Notes: generated from the letters alone by a model not told the origin. A stretch of 46,706 nucleotides of DNA from Candidatus Bathyarchaeota archaeon (GCA_003601695.1 PIYH01000002.1:1-46706); one strand, 5' to 3'. Positions 16,818 through 26,483 are shown, counted from the stretch's first letter. Numbers and translations: made by a program.

Positions 16818-18986
16818 TTATTTCTCCTCTTTAATTTTCTTTGCGAATTCTATGCACTTCCTTTTGAAGTTCTCGTAGCTATTTGAGAATTCATTCATCG
16901 TCTTTACGGTAGCGCCGAAGCTTCTCCACTCCTTGGGTTTCAGTCCACGATTTCCATATTTACTTCTATCTGGAATCCCAGCTTCCTTCAGAATCTCTTG
17001 TTGATGGGGAGTGAGCTCATATGACTTTATGAATTCATCTTTTATGTCCATCCATTTCTCTGTAAGTCTATACAGGATCTCCGGATCGATCTCCCTAAGA
17101 ACGGATTCACTATACTCTTCAATGTTAAAGCCTTCCTTGAGACTTGTAGAGTACACATTCATCTGGTGATTCGGAAACTCCGTATGCGTCATATTCTTCC
17201 CGCTCAGCGTTAAAAGGGTCTCTCTGGGATGCCTCTTCGAAGCTGGTAACATATCTATTCCGCTTAGAACCTCCTCTGCCTGCTCATCTGTAAGTCCATA
17301 CTTCGACTTCAAGTAAGAGATCCATAGGGGAAGATTCTGAGGAGCAAAGAAGATCTCATAAACGCGTTTAGTAACTAGGATTCCGCAGTACTCTATGTCG
17401 TGTTCAAGCTTATCTAGAAACTCTTTTACCTCCTTCCTTGAACTTGAGGGAACGCCGGCCTCGGCGAGAAACTCTACAAGAGGTTCCTTGTTCATTGGGC
17501 GGAGGAATCTCCTGCTACTGATCGCCTTAACCATCTCATCCAAGGTTTCTTTATCCTTAACACTCTCCCACGCGTTTAACTTCATCGCTAAATTCTTAAG
17601 TGCAAGCTTTTTATCCTCGAATCTCTCTAGGGCTCTTTTGATTAGCTTCTCAACTTGAACCTCTCGCAGGTGATCATCTAGTCTGCCACCCATGTTCGTT
17701 TCATACACGGTCGTCAGCGGTATACCCTTCTTAACAGCTTCAGCCCGCCCCTCCATCTTAGCCAGTATCAGCTCTGTCTCTTGGGAGACAGTGAAAGTAA
17801 CAGTGTTGTTTGTGCCTATGCCTAAGCTTTCGAGCTTCCTTGTAATGTCGATGGCTGCCGGTGAGCTTCCAGCAACCTTAAATACGATATTCGGTCTTCC
17901 TCTCTCCTCGTTTTCTGAGTAGCCCCACAGCAAGTATGAGTCGTATCTTCTAAGGAAAGCTTCAGCGTCCTTATAGAATTTAAGTGCGTCCCTAACGCTT
18001 CTTTCATAATCATCCGCTATGTTCGGGTTAAGTTGAAGGCTTATCATGCCATGCTTCATTCTTGAGGCTATAGATATCGGCCTAAAGACGACAAGATTCC
18101 GCCATATGCTCACCTCCGTTCCGTAAGCGGCTAACTCATCTCCGAAGGACTCTGGATCCTTGAGGATCTCCTCATGCTCTTCAACTATCCCTCTGAAATC
18201 CGAGCATAAATCCTCCTCTCTGAATCCTTCCCACTGAGTCGGGTCATCAGTATAAGCGATAGCCGCTAGGGATGGATTCGTTGATACTTGAACAAATCCT
18301 AGGTGACGAAGCCACCTGAGACCTAGAGCATAATCGTTTCCGAATTTGCATATTTCCGCGGCGCTCATCCTGTAGTAAACATTATTTTGGATGTGCTCTA
18401 TAGCTGATGACAAAAACGAGTCAAGCACGTTTTCATCATCGATTCTCTTCTCGATCTCCTCCGCAACGTGGGCAACCATAGATCCAGGAGGTCTATAGTA
18501 ATTCTTCATCACCTTCTTCATCTCTGAAAGAAAATTCTTCACGACTGCCCTTGCTACGGAAGAGGCTCCTCCCCCTATTTTGCTTCTCCTCTCATACTCT
18601 TCGAATCCACGGAGGGCTTCCCTTATAATCTCTATAGATCTCTCAGCTTCTCCATCGCTGAAGCCAATTCTCTTCCTCTCGAAACCTGCAAGGTTTAAGG
18701 CAATATTTATGAGAGCATCATATATTCTGCTGAGAAAAAGCATGATCTCTTCCTTTTTCCCCTGCATTAATAAGTGATTGATCTTGAAGTTCAGTTGCCG
18801 AATGACGTTTCCAATAGTCTCTTTGAGATGCCCCCGCATCTCTCTATGTAAAATATGATCAGCCGCTAGCTTCGGATAGCCCTTCAATGTAAGATACACT
18901 ATGTGTCCAGCGTGATCCTCACTTGGAGGCGGGTACTCAAGATCCTCAGGTTTTGCTAATGAAAGAACTTCTTCAACATTAATCAT
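16818..18986 (-). CDS. Atypically large (722 aa) transaldolase-superfamily protein with N- and C-terminal extensions
   Basis: The central region has transaldolase landmarks in order: 'FVQVSTNPSLAA', 'ISLQLNPNIADD', 'IVFKVAGSSPAAIDITRKLESLGIGTNNTVTFTVSQ' and 'NMGGRLDDH'. The flanking regions of about 210 aa and about 250 aa are unassigned. Confidence 0.6.
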   Translation of the reverse strand: MINVEEVLSLAKPEDLEYPPPSEDHAGHIVYLTLKGYPKLAADHILHREMRGHLKETIGNVIRQLNFKINHLLMQGKKEEIMLFLSRIYDALINIALNLAGFERKRIGFSDGEAERSIEIIREALRGFEEYERRSKIGGGASSVARAVVKNFLSEMKKVMKNYYRPPGSMVAHVAEEIEKRIDDENVLDSFLSSAIEHIQNNVYYRMSAAEICKFGNDYALGLRWLRHLGFVQVSTNPSLAAIAYTDDPTQWEGFREEDLCSDFRGIVEEHEEILKDPESFGDELAAYGTEVSIWRNLVVFRPISIASRMKHGMISLQLNPNIADDYERSVRDALKFYKDAEAFLRRYDSYLLWGYSENEERGRPNIVFKVAGSSPAAIDITRKLESLGIGTNNTVTFTVSQETELILAKMEGRAEAVKKGIPLTTVYETNMGGRLDDHLREVQVEKLIKRALERFEDKKLALKNLAMKLNAWESVKDKETLDEMVKAISSRRFLRPMNKEPLVEFLAEAGVPSSSRKEVKEFLDKLEHDIEYCGILVTKRVYEIFFAPQNLPLWISYLKSKYGLTDEQAEEVLSGIDMLPASKRHPRETLLTLSGKNMTHTEFPNHQMNVYSTSLKEGFNIEEYSESVLREIDPEILYRLTEKWMDIKDEFIKSYELTPHQQEILKEAGIPDRSKYGNRGLKPKEWRSFGATVKTMNEFSNSYENFKRKCIEFAKKIKEEK

Positions 18987-19063
18987 ATTCTAGCTTCCCC
19001 TTTGAGAGTGTTTAATTAAACTAAAGGAGAGATCCAATTTATCTTTTTTATGCTTCTTGGGAT

Positions 19064-19873
19064 TTAGCGATTATGAGAAGAAAAGAGACTGTTAAGCCAA
19101 TTCAACGTTTTTTCTATAACTTCTCTTGTATGCTTCTTCTCTGTGAATGTGTGGTCTCCACCCTTAATTATGTATAACTCGTTTTTTCTGTTGAGTTTCT
19201 TAAGCATCTCGTATCCTTTGATGGATTCTTCTAGGGGGATTACTTCATCGGAGTCTCCGTGAATCATAAGGACTGGAACCTTTATCTTGTCGAGTATCTG
19301 AAGAGGCGTTGGGGAATCAAGAGTTTCGAAGAATGGCTTCCTAAGGTACCAGCCGCCTCCTATACTTATGGCTTCACCCTCTTCCAGCCTCTTCCAATCC
19401 TCTTTTTTGAGGAGGCTAAGAAATTTTTTCCTTAAAGGAATGAGTGCAGCTGAATATAAAACAATGAACTTTATGCGTTTGTCTCTTGAAGCAATAATCG
19501 CGGCGACTCTTCCTCCCATGCTTAATCCTATAACTCCTATCCTCTCAGGATCTGTGTATGGGAAGCTTAGGAGAAAACTTATCGCCCTTGAGGCATCGCT
19601 CACCTCCCTGAGAACAGTCATATCCTCGAATTCTCCGTCGCTATCGCCAGATCCTCTAAAGTCGAAACGTAATACGATGAAGCCGGCATTACATAGGGCC
19701 CTCGCAACGTGGACAAATAGCCTATGCGCCTCAGACTTGTGTCCAGTGAAGCCGTGAAGCATCACCACTGCGGGAGCGGTCTTTTCACCCTTCCCTAAGC
19801 CATCAGGCATATGGAGAATCCCGACGATGTATTCTCCCTCATTCTCAAAAACCACAGGTTTTATCATATACAT
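19064..19873 (-). CDS. Alpha/beta-fold hydrolase
   Basis: Motifs are 'MLHGFTGH', the nucleophile elbow 'GLSMGG', 'IHGDSDEVIP' and 'GGDHTF'. Confidence 0.85.
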   Translation of the reverse strand: MYMIKPVVFENEGEYIVGILHMPDGLGKGEKTAPAVVMLHGFTGHKSEAHRLFVHVARALCNAGFIVLRFDFRGSGDSDGEFEDMTVLREVSDASRAISFLLSFPYTDPERIGVIGLSMGGRVAAIIASRDKRIKFIVLYSAALIPLRKKFLSLLKKEDWKRLEEGEAISIGGGWYLRKPFFETLDSPTPLQILDKIKVPVLMIHGDSDEVIPLEESIKGYEMLKKLNRKNELYIIKGGDHTFTEKKHTREVIEKTLNWLNSLFSSHNR

Positions 19874-19908
19874 TTCACCTTGCCAGCAAAAGATACAAAT
19901 AGAAATAA

Positions 19909-20919
19909 TTATGGTTTTTCTTTCCTAAATTTAGTGGGTATAAGATCTATTGGATACGCTTTAATATGCATTTTTTGCTCAATGTATCTAGCTAAGGTCT
20001 CATTGAAACGTCCGCCGTGGCATGTCAGCACAATTTTAGGATCGCACTCCTCCACAAACCTTATAATCCTATGGAAATCCGCATGGTCGCTTAAGGGAAA
20101 GCCTCTTCTTCTACTCCACAGAGCCCATCCGGAAACTAAGGCATCCTCGAATCCAGCGTCTGAAATCTTTATATTCTTCGGAGCCACGTAGATGAATCCT
20201 CCATGCCGCTTTATCTCTTCAGCCTCTGAGGATTGTTCATCAATGTATCGGAGGCGGAATCCATGTCGTTCATACACCATATTCATCAATGCGACCCTTG
20301 GATGAGCAATCACTGGGATATCGCATTCATTAAAAATACAGATTATTTCCTGTGCGTTTCCTAATGGATCCGCCCGAAAGAGGGGAATCCGCCCACGTTT
20401 CAGAACTCTTCCAGCCCATTCAGCCATATCTTCACCTATCTCATCCACCTTGGGAAAGACGAAGCTCGGCGAACCGAATGTTGCTTCCACAATCAGAACA
20501 TCACATTGGACAGGCTCAGCCGGCTTCATTGTCTTAGTCTTCTCCGTGTTGAAGTCTCCAGTATAAAGAATTATTCCTTCAGGAGCCCTCACCTCATACT
20601 CGAAGCTTCCAAGGACATGTCCAGAATTATGAGGGATAACTTCAACTTCGCCTATCGTGGTTTTTTCTTTGAGACTTAGCGAGAAGGAATTTTTAATGCT
20701 GAAGAAGTTGGAGACGATCTCTAGAGTCTCTTTTGAGGAGTATTTCTTAGCATTCTTTATTCTGAAAGCCGCTGAATGATCGAAGTGACCGTGAGAAACG
20801 AAAAAAACCGAGTCTTCTATGCTACTCCTTTTAGAATCTAAGACTACCTTAGCATCCTTGTATTCAATGCGGACTCCGCCGTTCCATTCTATTCTCAAAT
20901 CATCTACGCCCATCCACAA
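19909..20919 (-). CDS. Metallo-beta-lactamase-fold, beta-CASP-like nuclease/hydrolase
   Basis: Motifs are 'VSHGHFDHS' (HxHxDH), 'HNSGHVLGS', 'YTGDF', 'VEATFG', 'LSDHAD' and 'LTCHG'. Confidence 0.78.
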   Translation of the reverse strand: MWMGVDDLRIEWNGGVRIEYKDAKVVLDSKRSSIEDSVFFVSHGHFDHSAAFRIKNAKKYSSKETLEIVSNFFSIKNSFSLSLKEKTTIGEVEVIPHNSGHVLGSFEYEVRAPEGIILYTGDFNTEKTKTMKPAEPVQCDVLIVEATFGSPSFVFPKVDEIGEDMAEWAGRVLKRGRIPLFRADPLGNAQEIICIFNECDIPVIAHPRVALMNMVYERHGFRLRYIDEQSSEAEEIKRHGGFIYVAPKNIKISDAGFEDALVSGWALWSRRRGFPLSDHADFHRIIRFVEECDPKIVLTCHGGRFNETLARYIEQKMHIKAYPIDLIPTKFRKEKP

Positions 20920-21001
20920 ATATCTTCCAGCTTAAATTAGAGTTTCGATGAAACATTAAATATTTTCAATGATCATAGCCTTAAAGCAGGAGGAGTAAGC
21001 G

Positions 21002-22153
21002 TTGGTTACGAAAGATGAGATCGCTAAATGCGCCGAGGCTATTGTTAATGGAACCAGCATCAAGAAAGAAGAAGCCGTTATAATTCGAGGCGGAGTACAT
21101 GTACAGGAACTCCTCGAGGAAATAGGCATTCTATGCTATAAGAGAGGAGCCCACCCGTTGATCATCTCATTAAGTGATGAATATTCAGCTCGTGTATATG
21201 AGGAAGTGCCAACTGAAATTTTAGAGGTAACTCCAAAACATTACCTCGCAGCTGTCAAGGAGGCTGACGCATACATAGTCGTCGAGCCATTTAAGGATCC
21301 CAGAGTCCAGACAAGGTTCCCACGCGAAAAAGTAGCTGCCAAGACGAAGGCTAACGTTCCCATAAGAAAACTATTACACGGGGAGGAAGGCCCGGGGAAG
21401 AAATGGACGTATGCTGGATGGCCGACTCATGAAGCTGCAGAATTCTACGGTGTCGAATATGAAGTTCTAGAGAGACTCATAATTGGCGGAATTGCTGTGC
21501 CCACATCTATTCTTAAAGGTTACATTTCAAGGCTGGCTGAGAAGCTTAGAGAAGCCGATATTCTCCACGTGACAGATGAGAAGGGTACGGATTTCATATG
21601 CAAAATAAAGGGCAGACGAATAAACGAGGATGATGGAGTGATTGATGAATATGATATTAAAGTCGGCGACACGGGAAACAACTTACCTGCTGGTGAGGTC
21701 TTTATTGCTCCTCACGAGACCTTTGGGGAAGGAATTCTCTTTTGCCCAGTAACAATAGATAGATTAACAAACAAGATTATTAGAGATGCGACTTTAAAAT
21801 TCAAGGATGGTAGACTCATCTTAAATGAATGCTCCGCGAGGGTTAATGGAGAGGAGATGATTGATTCATTCAGGAGATGCATAGAGATCGATAGAGCTAA
21901 TGAACGTGAAGTTAGGACGACAAATATTGCTGAGCTTGGGATAGGATGCAACCCTGCAATCAACAGGGCAATAGGATATATTCTAACAGATGAGAAACTC
22001 GGGGGCTCCGTACACCTTGCCTTCGGATCTAATCTAAGCTATGGTGGAACATCTAAATCTTGCATGCATTGGGACTTCGTAACTGATTCCTCAGCAACTA
22101 TAGAGATTGCGGATACCGGAGAAGTAATTATGAAGAAGGGAAAGATACAGTAA
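21002..22153 (+). CDS. M29-family aminopeptidase (AmpS/PepS-like)
   Basis: Motifs are 'NLPAGEVFIAPHE', 'ELGIGCNP', 'VHLAFGSN' and 'CMHWDF'. The start is TTG. Confidence 0.85.
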   Translation: MVTKDEIAKCAEAIVNGTSIKKEEAVIIRGGVHVQELLEEIGILCYKRGAHPLIISLSDEYSARVYEEVPTEILEVTPKHYLAAVKEADAYIVVEPFKDPRVQTRFPREKVAAKTKANVPIRKLLHGEEGPGKKWTYAGWPTHEAAEFYGVEYEVLERLIIGGIAVPTSILKGYISRLAEKLREADILHVTDEKGTDFICKIKGRRINEDDGVIDEYDIKVGDTGNNLPAGEVFIAPHETFGEGILFCPVTIDRLTNKIIRDATLKFKDGRLILNECSARVNGEEMIDSFRRCIEIDRANEREVRTTNIAELGIGCNPAINRAIGYILTDEKLGGSVHLAFGSNLSYGGTSKSCMHWDFVTDSSATIEIADTGEVIMKKGKIQ

Positions 22154-22242
22154 AGTTTTTAATACCTTATTTTAAGAAAGCATTATATTCCACAATATTT
22201 CACATAGGTATAATCTTTAAAATGCTCTGAAAAATGTAGAGC

Positions 22243-23619
22243 GTGAATATTTTGAAGACAATAGTCGGAATAGATGATATGGCCGCCTACGTTCCAAAGC
22301 TCTATGTAGACGCTAAGGATCTAGCTGAGGCTAGGGGAATACCCCCAGACAAAATTACGAAGGGATTAGGCATAGAGAATCTATCCATCCCAGATGTGCA
22401 TGAGGATGCTGCAACGATGGCGGCTATGGCAACGCTTAAGCTAATGGAGAAAAATGACCTTTCACCAAAAGATATAGACTTCATCGAGGTGGCGACTGAA
22501 ACGAGTCCGGATGCTTCTAAACCCATATCATGCTATGTTCAAGGCATGCTTGAACAGGTTTATGGTAAAGGAAGCTTCAACCATATAGGTGCTCCCGAGA
22601 CAAAATTTGCATGCGTAGGTGCCACATATGCTCTTATAGACCGCCTAGCGTATATAGCTTCGGGCTGGAATAAAGCTGAGTATTCGATTGTGGTTGCAAC
22701 GGATATTGCAAAGTATGATCTTAACTCCTCCGGGGAGCCGACTCAGGGAGCGGCGGCGATCGCTTTGCTCTTGAAGAAGGATCCTCGTCTGTTGGCATAT
22801 GAATCTGAATTCACGGGCTTCGGAACAATTGATGATAGAGACTTCTTTAGGCCTGTGGAGCGTAAGACGGCCGTTGTTAACGGTCGGTACTCTATAGGCT
22901 GCTATTTAAGGGACATGCGGATCGCTACGGATGCTTACCGGCGAAACATGATGAAGCTTGGGGTTCTTAATCCTCTAGGAGGAAGCCTATCAGAAAAGAT
23001 CGATCTGGCCTCGTTTCATTCTCCATTCCCGAAGATGGTTCAATACGCCTTCGCATCCTTTCTAATCCATGATTGGAGAAATCTTCCGAAATGGAAGAAG
23101 ATAATGGAGGCTATAGGACCCGAACCGAGCAGGGAAGGATTAACAGATGTTGAATTCTACATCTCCGAGAAGTATAGGGAATTCAGGAGAAGATTCGCTA
23201 AAACTGAGGAGTTTAGAAGAGAATACGAGGTCAAGATAAAAGACTCGCTTGAGGCTCTCAGACAAATCGGGAACGCATATACCGCCTCAGTCTGGCTTGG
23301 AGTTAACAGCCACTTCGAGATGAGAAATGATGACCTCGCCGGAAAAAGGTTTGGGATAGGCTCTTACGGAAGCGGAAGCAGCGCTGTCGTCTGTAGCTTC
23401 ATCATTCAGCCCGAGTATAAGGAAGTAGTTAAGAAGTTTAACTTAATGCAGATGTTGAAAGAAAGAAAACGAATATCCATCGATGTATATGAGGATTTAC
23501 ATGAGGAGAGGCTTAAGTTCCATGAAAGCGTGATTCCTCCAAAGAACGAGTTTGCGCTTGTCTCATTCGGGAAGACAGATATCGATTATGGATATCGCTA
23601 CTATAAGTATATAAGATAA
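22243..23619 (+). CDS. Hydroxymethylglutaryl-CoA synthase (long form)
   Basis: Catalytic landmarks are 'VATETSPDASKP' (Glu), 'KFACVGATYAL' (Cys), 'ASFHSPFPKM' (His), 'IGNAYTASVWL' and 'GSYGSGSS'. The start is GTG. Confidence 0.85.
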   Translation: MNILKTIVGIDDMAAYVPKLYVDAKDLAEARGIPPDKITKGLGIENLSIPDVHEDAATMAAMATLKLMEKNDLSPKDIDFIEVATETSPDASKPISCYVQGMLEQVYGKGSFNHIGAPETKFACVGATYALIDRLAYIASGWNKAEYSIVVATDIAKYDLNSSGEPTQGAAAIALLLKKDPRLLAYESEFTGFGTIDDRDFFRPVERKTAVVNGRYSIGCYLRDMRIATDAYRRNMMKLGVLNPLGGSLSEKIDLASFHSPFPKMVQYAFASFLIHDWRNLPKWKKIMEAIGPEPSREGLTDVEFYISEKYREFRRRFAKTEEFRREYEVKIKDSLEALRQIGNAYTASVWLGVNSHFEMRNDDLAGKRFGIGSYGSGSSAVVCSFIIQPEYKEVVKKFNLMQMLKERKRISIDVYEDLHEERLKFHESVIPPKNEFALVSFGKTDIDYGYRYYKYIR

Positions 23620-23651
23620 GCGGAGCTTCGTTTTCCCACATAACTACTGTC

Positions 23652-23657
23652 TTTTTT
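23652..23657 (+). terminator. Oligo-T tract (T6) downstream of the HMG-CoA synthase gene; possible archaeal termination signal
   Basis: 'gtcttttttact' lies 33 nt after the stop codon at 23617-23619. Archaeal RNA polymerase commonly terminates at oligo-T tracts. Confidence 0.25.
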
Positions 23658-24257
23658 ACTCTCAGATGGGACGAATTCTTTCCCAAAGATTATCAGTATA
23701 TTGATTGGTCTTCATGTCTGCATGCTTTATTGCTCATTTACAGATGTAAGAAGAAACTCTTGTAGATAAATTCACTAAATATGAGATTTACGTCTTTCAC
23801 CGGAAAAGGATAGATGTGAACTGAGTCTTCCATCTTTATTCACAATGAAGATCCATCTAGATATTTCCCGTATAATAAGATGAAAGGGATGCCATAAAAA
23901 ATAAGCCGCGCATTTTCGCTGGAGATTTAATTCCATTCTGCTTCAAGTTATTTTCTAAGAAATATAGTTTTAACCTCTAGCTCCTTAAACGGGTTCTTAA
24001 TGCGCTCCTCAACTGGATGATTCTCTCTCCATAACTTTTCCCATCATGCTAGGCTTATTCCTAGCTTCGTTGATACTTAAGGAGAAATTAGATACTAGGA
24101 GAATTAGGATTAGGAGGAAGCGATCTTATAGATTCTGCGGATGTAGATTTCCTCCATACTAGTCAGGATTCTCTTCGAGGTCAAAGAAATAAAAATAAAA
24201 GCTAACATTTATAAGTGGCGCTGATTTCTCCGCTTTGAGGGTAGAGGCCGTAATAGA

Positions 24258-24671
24258 TCATTTAGCCTCTCTGAGCGAGGCCTTCGCCTTCACAGCCCTC
24301 AATATAGACTTCACCTGCTCATCTGTTAGGGGATATCCATGGAGATACTTTCCTCTAGCTTCAACAGCTGATAATACCGTGTCTTTAACTGGAACTGGAG
24401 GATCTATTCTATAGAGTTTATTGAAGATTAAGATGCCCCTCCACCTCATCTCCTCACATATTCTTCGCTCATCCTCTGGCAATTCTTTTTTCTCCACGAA
24501 CTCCTTAATAATTCCGTATCCCACCAATGAATCGGCTTCCTCTGTTTTATGAACCAAAAAAACTATGTCTCCTGAGTTCCATCTTCTCGGAACCCCAAGA
24601 AAATATCTCTTTGTTGAAAAAACCTGCCGACACCACTCTTCCTTAACGATCCGTAAGATGTAACTCTTCAT
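24258..24671 (-). CDS. Hypothetical protein, possibly a PUA-like (EVE/ASCH-type) beta-barrel
   Basis: It is a 137-aa ORF starting 34 nt downstream of gatA on the same strand. 'SGDIVFLVH...SLVGYGII...IDPPVPVK...GYPLTDEQ' resembles the EVE/ASCH layout. This is a weak call made by eye. Confidence 0.4.
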   Translation of the reverse strand: MKSYILRIVKEEWCRQVFSTKRYFLGVPRRWNSGDIVFLVHKTEEADSLVGYGIIKEFVEKKELPEDERRICEEMRWRGILIFNKLYRIDPPVPVKDTVLSAVEARGKYLHGYPLTDEQVKSILRAVKAKASLREAK

Positions 24672-24705
24672 TAAACCTCACCATTAATTTGTAGTATTGA
24701 ACATC

Positions 24706-26190
24706 TTATAGAGGCGGTCTAAACTCATTATATCTAGTATTCTGCTCGAACGTATATGCAACTCTTAGGAGAGTTCCCTCATCAAAGGGCTTGCCTATGA
24801 TCTGCATCCCAACTGGGAGACCTCTTCTGAACCCGGAGGGCACAGATAACGCTGGGTAACCTGTTAAGTTAGCTGGAACTGTTAGGATGTCACACATGTA
24901 AAGCTTCAGAGGGTCATCTATTCGTTCACCTATATTGAATGGCAGAAGAGGCATAGTAGGCCCTATTACGACATCCGCATCTTTGAAGACCCTCTCAAAG
25001 TCTCTACGAATCAACGTTCTTATCTTAAGGGCCTTCAAGTAGTACTGTTCGAAGTATCCAGCTGAGAGAGCGTATGTGCCGAGGATTATCCTCCTCCTAA
25101 CCTCGGCTCCGAAGCCTATTCTCCTATTCCTTGAGAAAACCTCATCAAAGTTTCCTTCATCGTTCTCGTCGCGGTATCCGTAGCGTAAACCGTCATATCT
25201 GGCAAGGTTTGAGCTAGCCTCCGACATTGCAATTATGTAATATGCTGGGAGAACGTATCTCATCGCTGGAATTGAAGCCTCGTAGCATGATGCGCCGAGC
25301 TCTTCAAGCTTGCCAACGGCTTCCAGCACGGGTTCTTTCACATCTTCCTCCACACCTTCCCCAAAGAACTCCTTCGGCAACCCTATTCTTAAGCCCTTAA
25401 TATCGCCTATTAGATATTTCAAGTAATTTTTACGTGGAATTCTCAAAGAGGTACTGTCTCTGCTGTCATGTCCACTTATAACTGAGAGAAGCAAAGCACA
25501 GTCACGGACAGTCCTAGTTATGGGTCCTATCTGTTCGAGGCTGTTAGCGTATGATATTAATCCATATCGGCTGACAAGTCCATAAGTAGGCTTTAATCCA
25601 ACGTCTGAACAGTAACTCGCCGGGCACCTTATTGAGCCGCCTGTATCCGAGCCCAGAGCCACGGTGGCTTCTTCGGCTATCACGGCTGCGGCGCTTCCCC
25701 CCGATGAGCCTCCGGGCACCTTATCAAGGTTCCATGGATTACGGGTAGCTCCAAAGTAGCTTGTCTCCGTCGTCGAACCCATCGCAAACTCATCCATATT
25801 TGTCTTCCCAATGATTATCGCATCAGATGCCTTAAGCCTCTCAATAACGGTTGCATCATATGGTGGAACAAAATTTTCAAGCATGCGCGATGAACATGTT
25901 GTCCGTATGCCCTTTGTGCATATATTATCTTTTACCGCCACCACTACTCCCGCTAACGGTCCAAGCTTCTCTCCTCTTCTCGCCTTTTCATCTATCTCCC
26001 TAGCTCCTGCTACTGCTTCTTCTCTAGCTATTGTCACGTAAGCGTGAACCTTTTCGTCCACATAACCTATCCTTTCAAGGATAGAGTGTAAATATTCCTG
26101 GGCGGATATCTCTTGGCTTCTAACCTTATCCCGAATCTCTGCGGCTGTCATCTCGTAAATCCTAGACAATGAGAACTCCTCCATCCTCAA
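24706..26190 (-). CDS. gatA: Asp/Glu-tRNA amidotransferase subunit A
   Basis: It has the amidase signature 'GGSSGGSAAAV', plus 'VKDNICTKG' and 'GSDTGGSIRCPA'. It overlaps gatC by 4 nt. Confidence 0.93.
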   Translation of the reverse strand: MRMEEFSLSRIYEMTAAEIRDKVRSQEISAQEYLHSILERIGYVDEKVHAYVTIAREEAVAGAREIDEKARRGEKLGPLAGVVVAVKDNICTKGIRTTCSSRMLENFVPPYDATVIERLKASDAIIIGKTNMDEFAMGSTTETSYFGATRNPWNLDKVPGGSSGGSAAAVIAEEATVALGSDTGGSIRCPASYCSDVGLKPTYGLVSRYGLISYANSLEQIGPITRTVRDCALLLSVISGHDSRDSTSLRIPRKNYLKYLIGDIKGLRIGLPKEFFGEGVEEDVKEPVLEAVGKLEELGASCYEASIPAMRYVLPAYYIIAMSEASSNLARYDGLRYGYRDENDEGNFDEVFSRNRRIGFGAEVRRRIILGTYALSAGYFEQYYLKALKIRTLIRRDFERVFKDADVVIGPTMPLLPFNIGERIDDPLKLYMCDILTVPANLTGYPALSVPSGFRRGLPVGMQIIGKPFDEGTLLRVAYTFEQNTRYNEFRPPL

Positions 26191-26483
26191 ACTATTCTTG
26201 GAGACTTGAAGAACCTGCCTTCCTTTTTCGGCGCGTTCCTTAATGGCTCATTTCCTTTCACAGATTCATAAACCTCGTCTTCCCGGTAAACATTAACTAA
26301 GTCAAGAACATGAAATGTCGGTGGAACATCTTCAGTATCAGCTTCATCTATCATGCTGAAGTATTCTAGAATGCGATTAAACTGTTCAGCGAAGACTATC
26401 TCCTCTTCCTTAGTAAGTTCTATATGTGCGAGCTCGGCGATATGTCTAACCTCCTCAACTGGTATTCGGTGGCTACCACTCAT
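26187..26483 (-). CDS. gatC: Asp/Glu-tRNA amidotransferase subunit C
   Basis: It is 98 aa with 'VRHIAELAHIELTKEEEIVFAEQFNRILEYFSMI' and sits immediately upstream of gatA. Confidence 0.88.
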   Translation of the reverse strand: MSGSHRIPVEEVRHIAELAHIELTKEEEIVFAEQFNRILEYFSMIDEADTEDVPPTFHVLDLVNVYREDEVYESVKGNEPLRNAPKKEGRFFKSPRIV

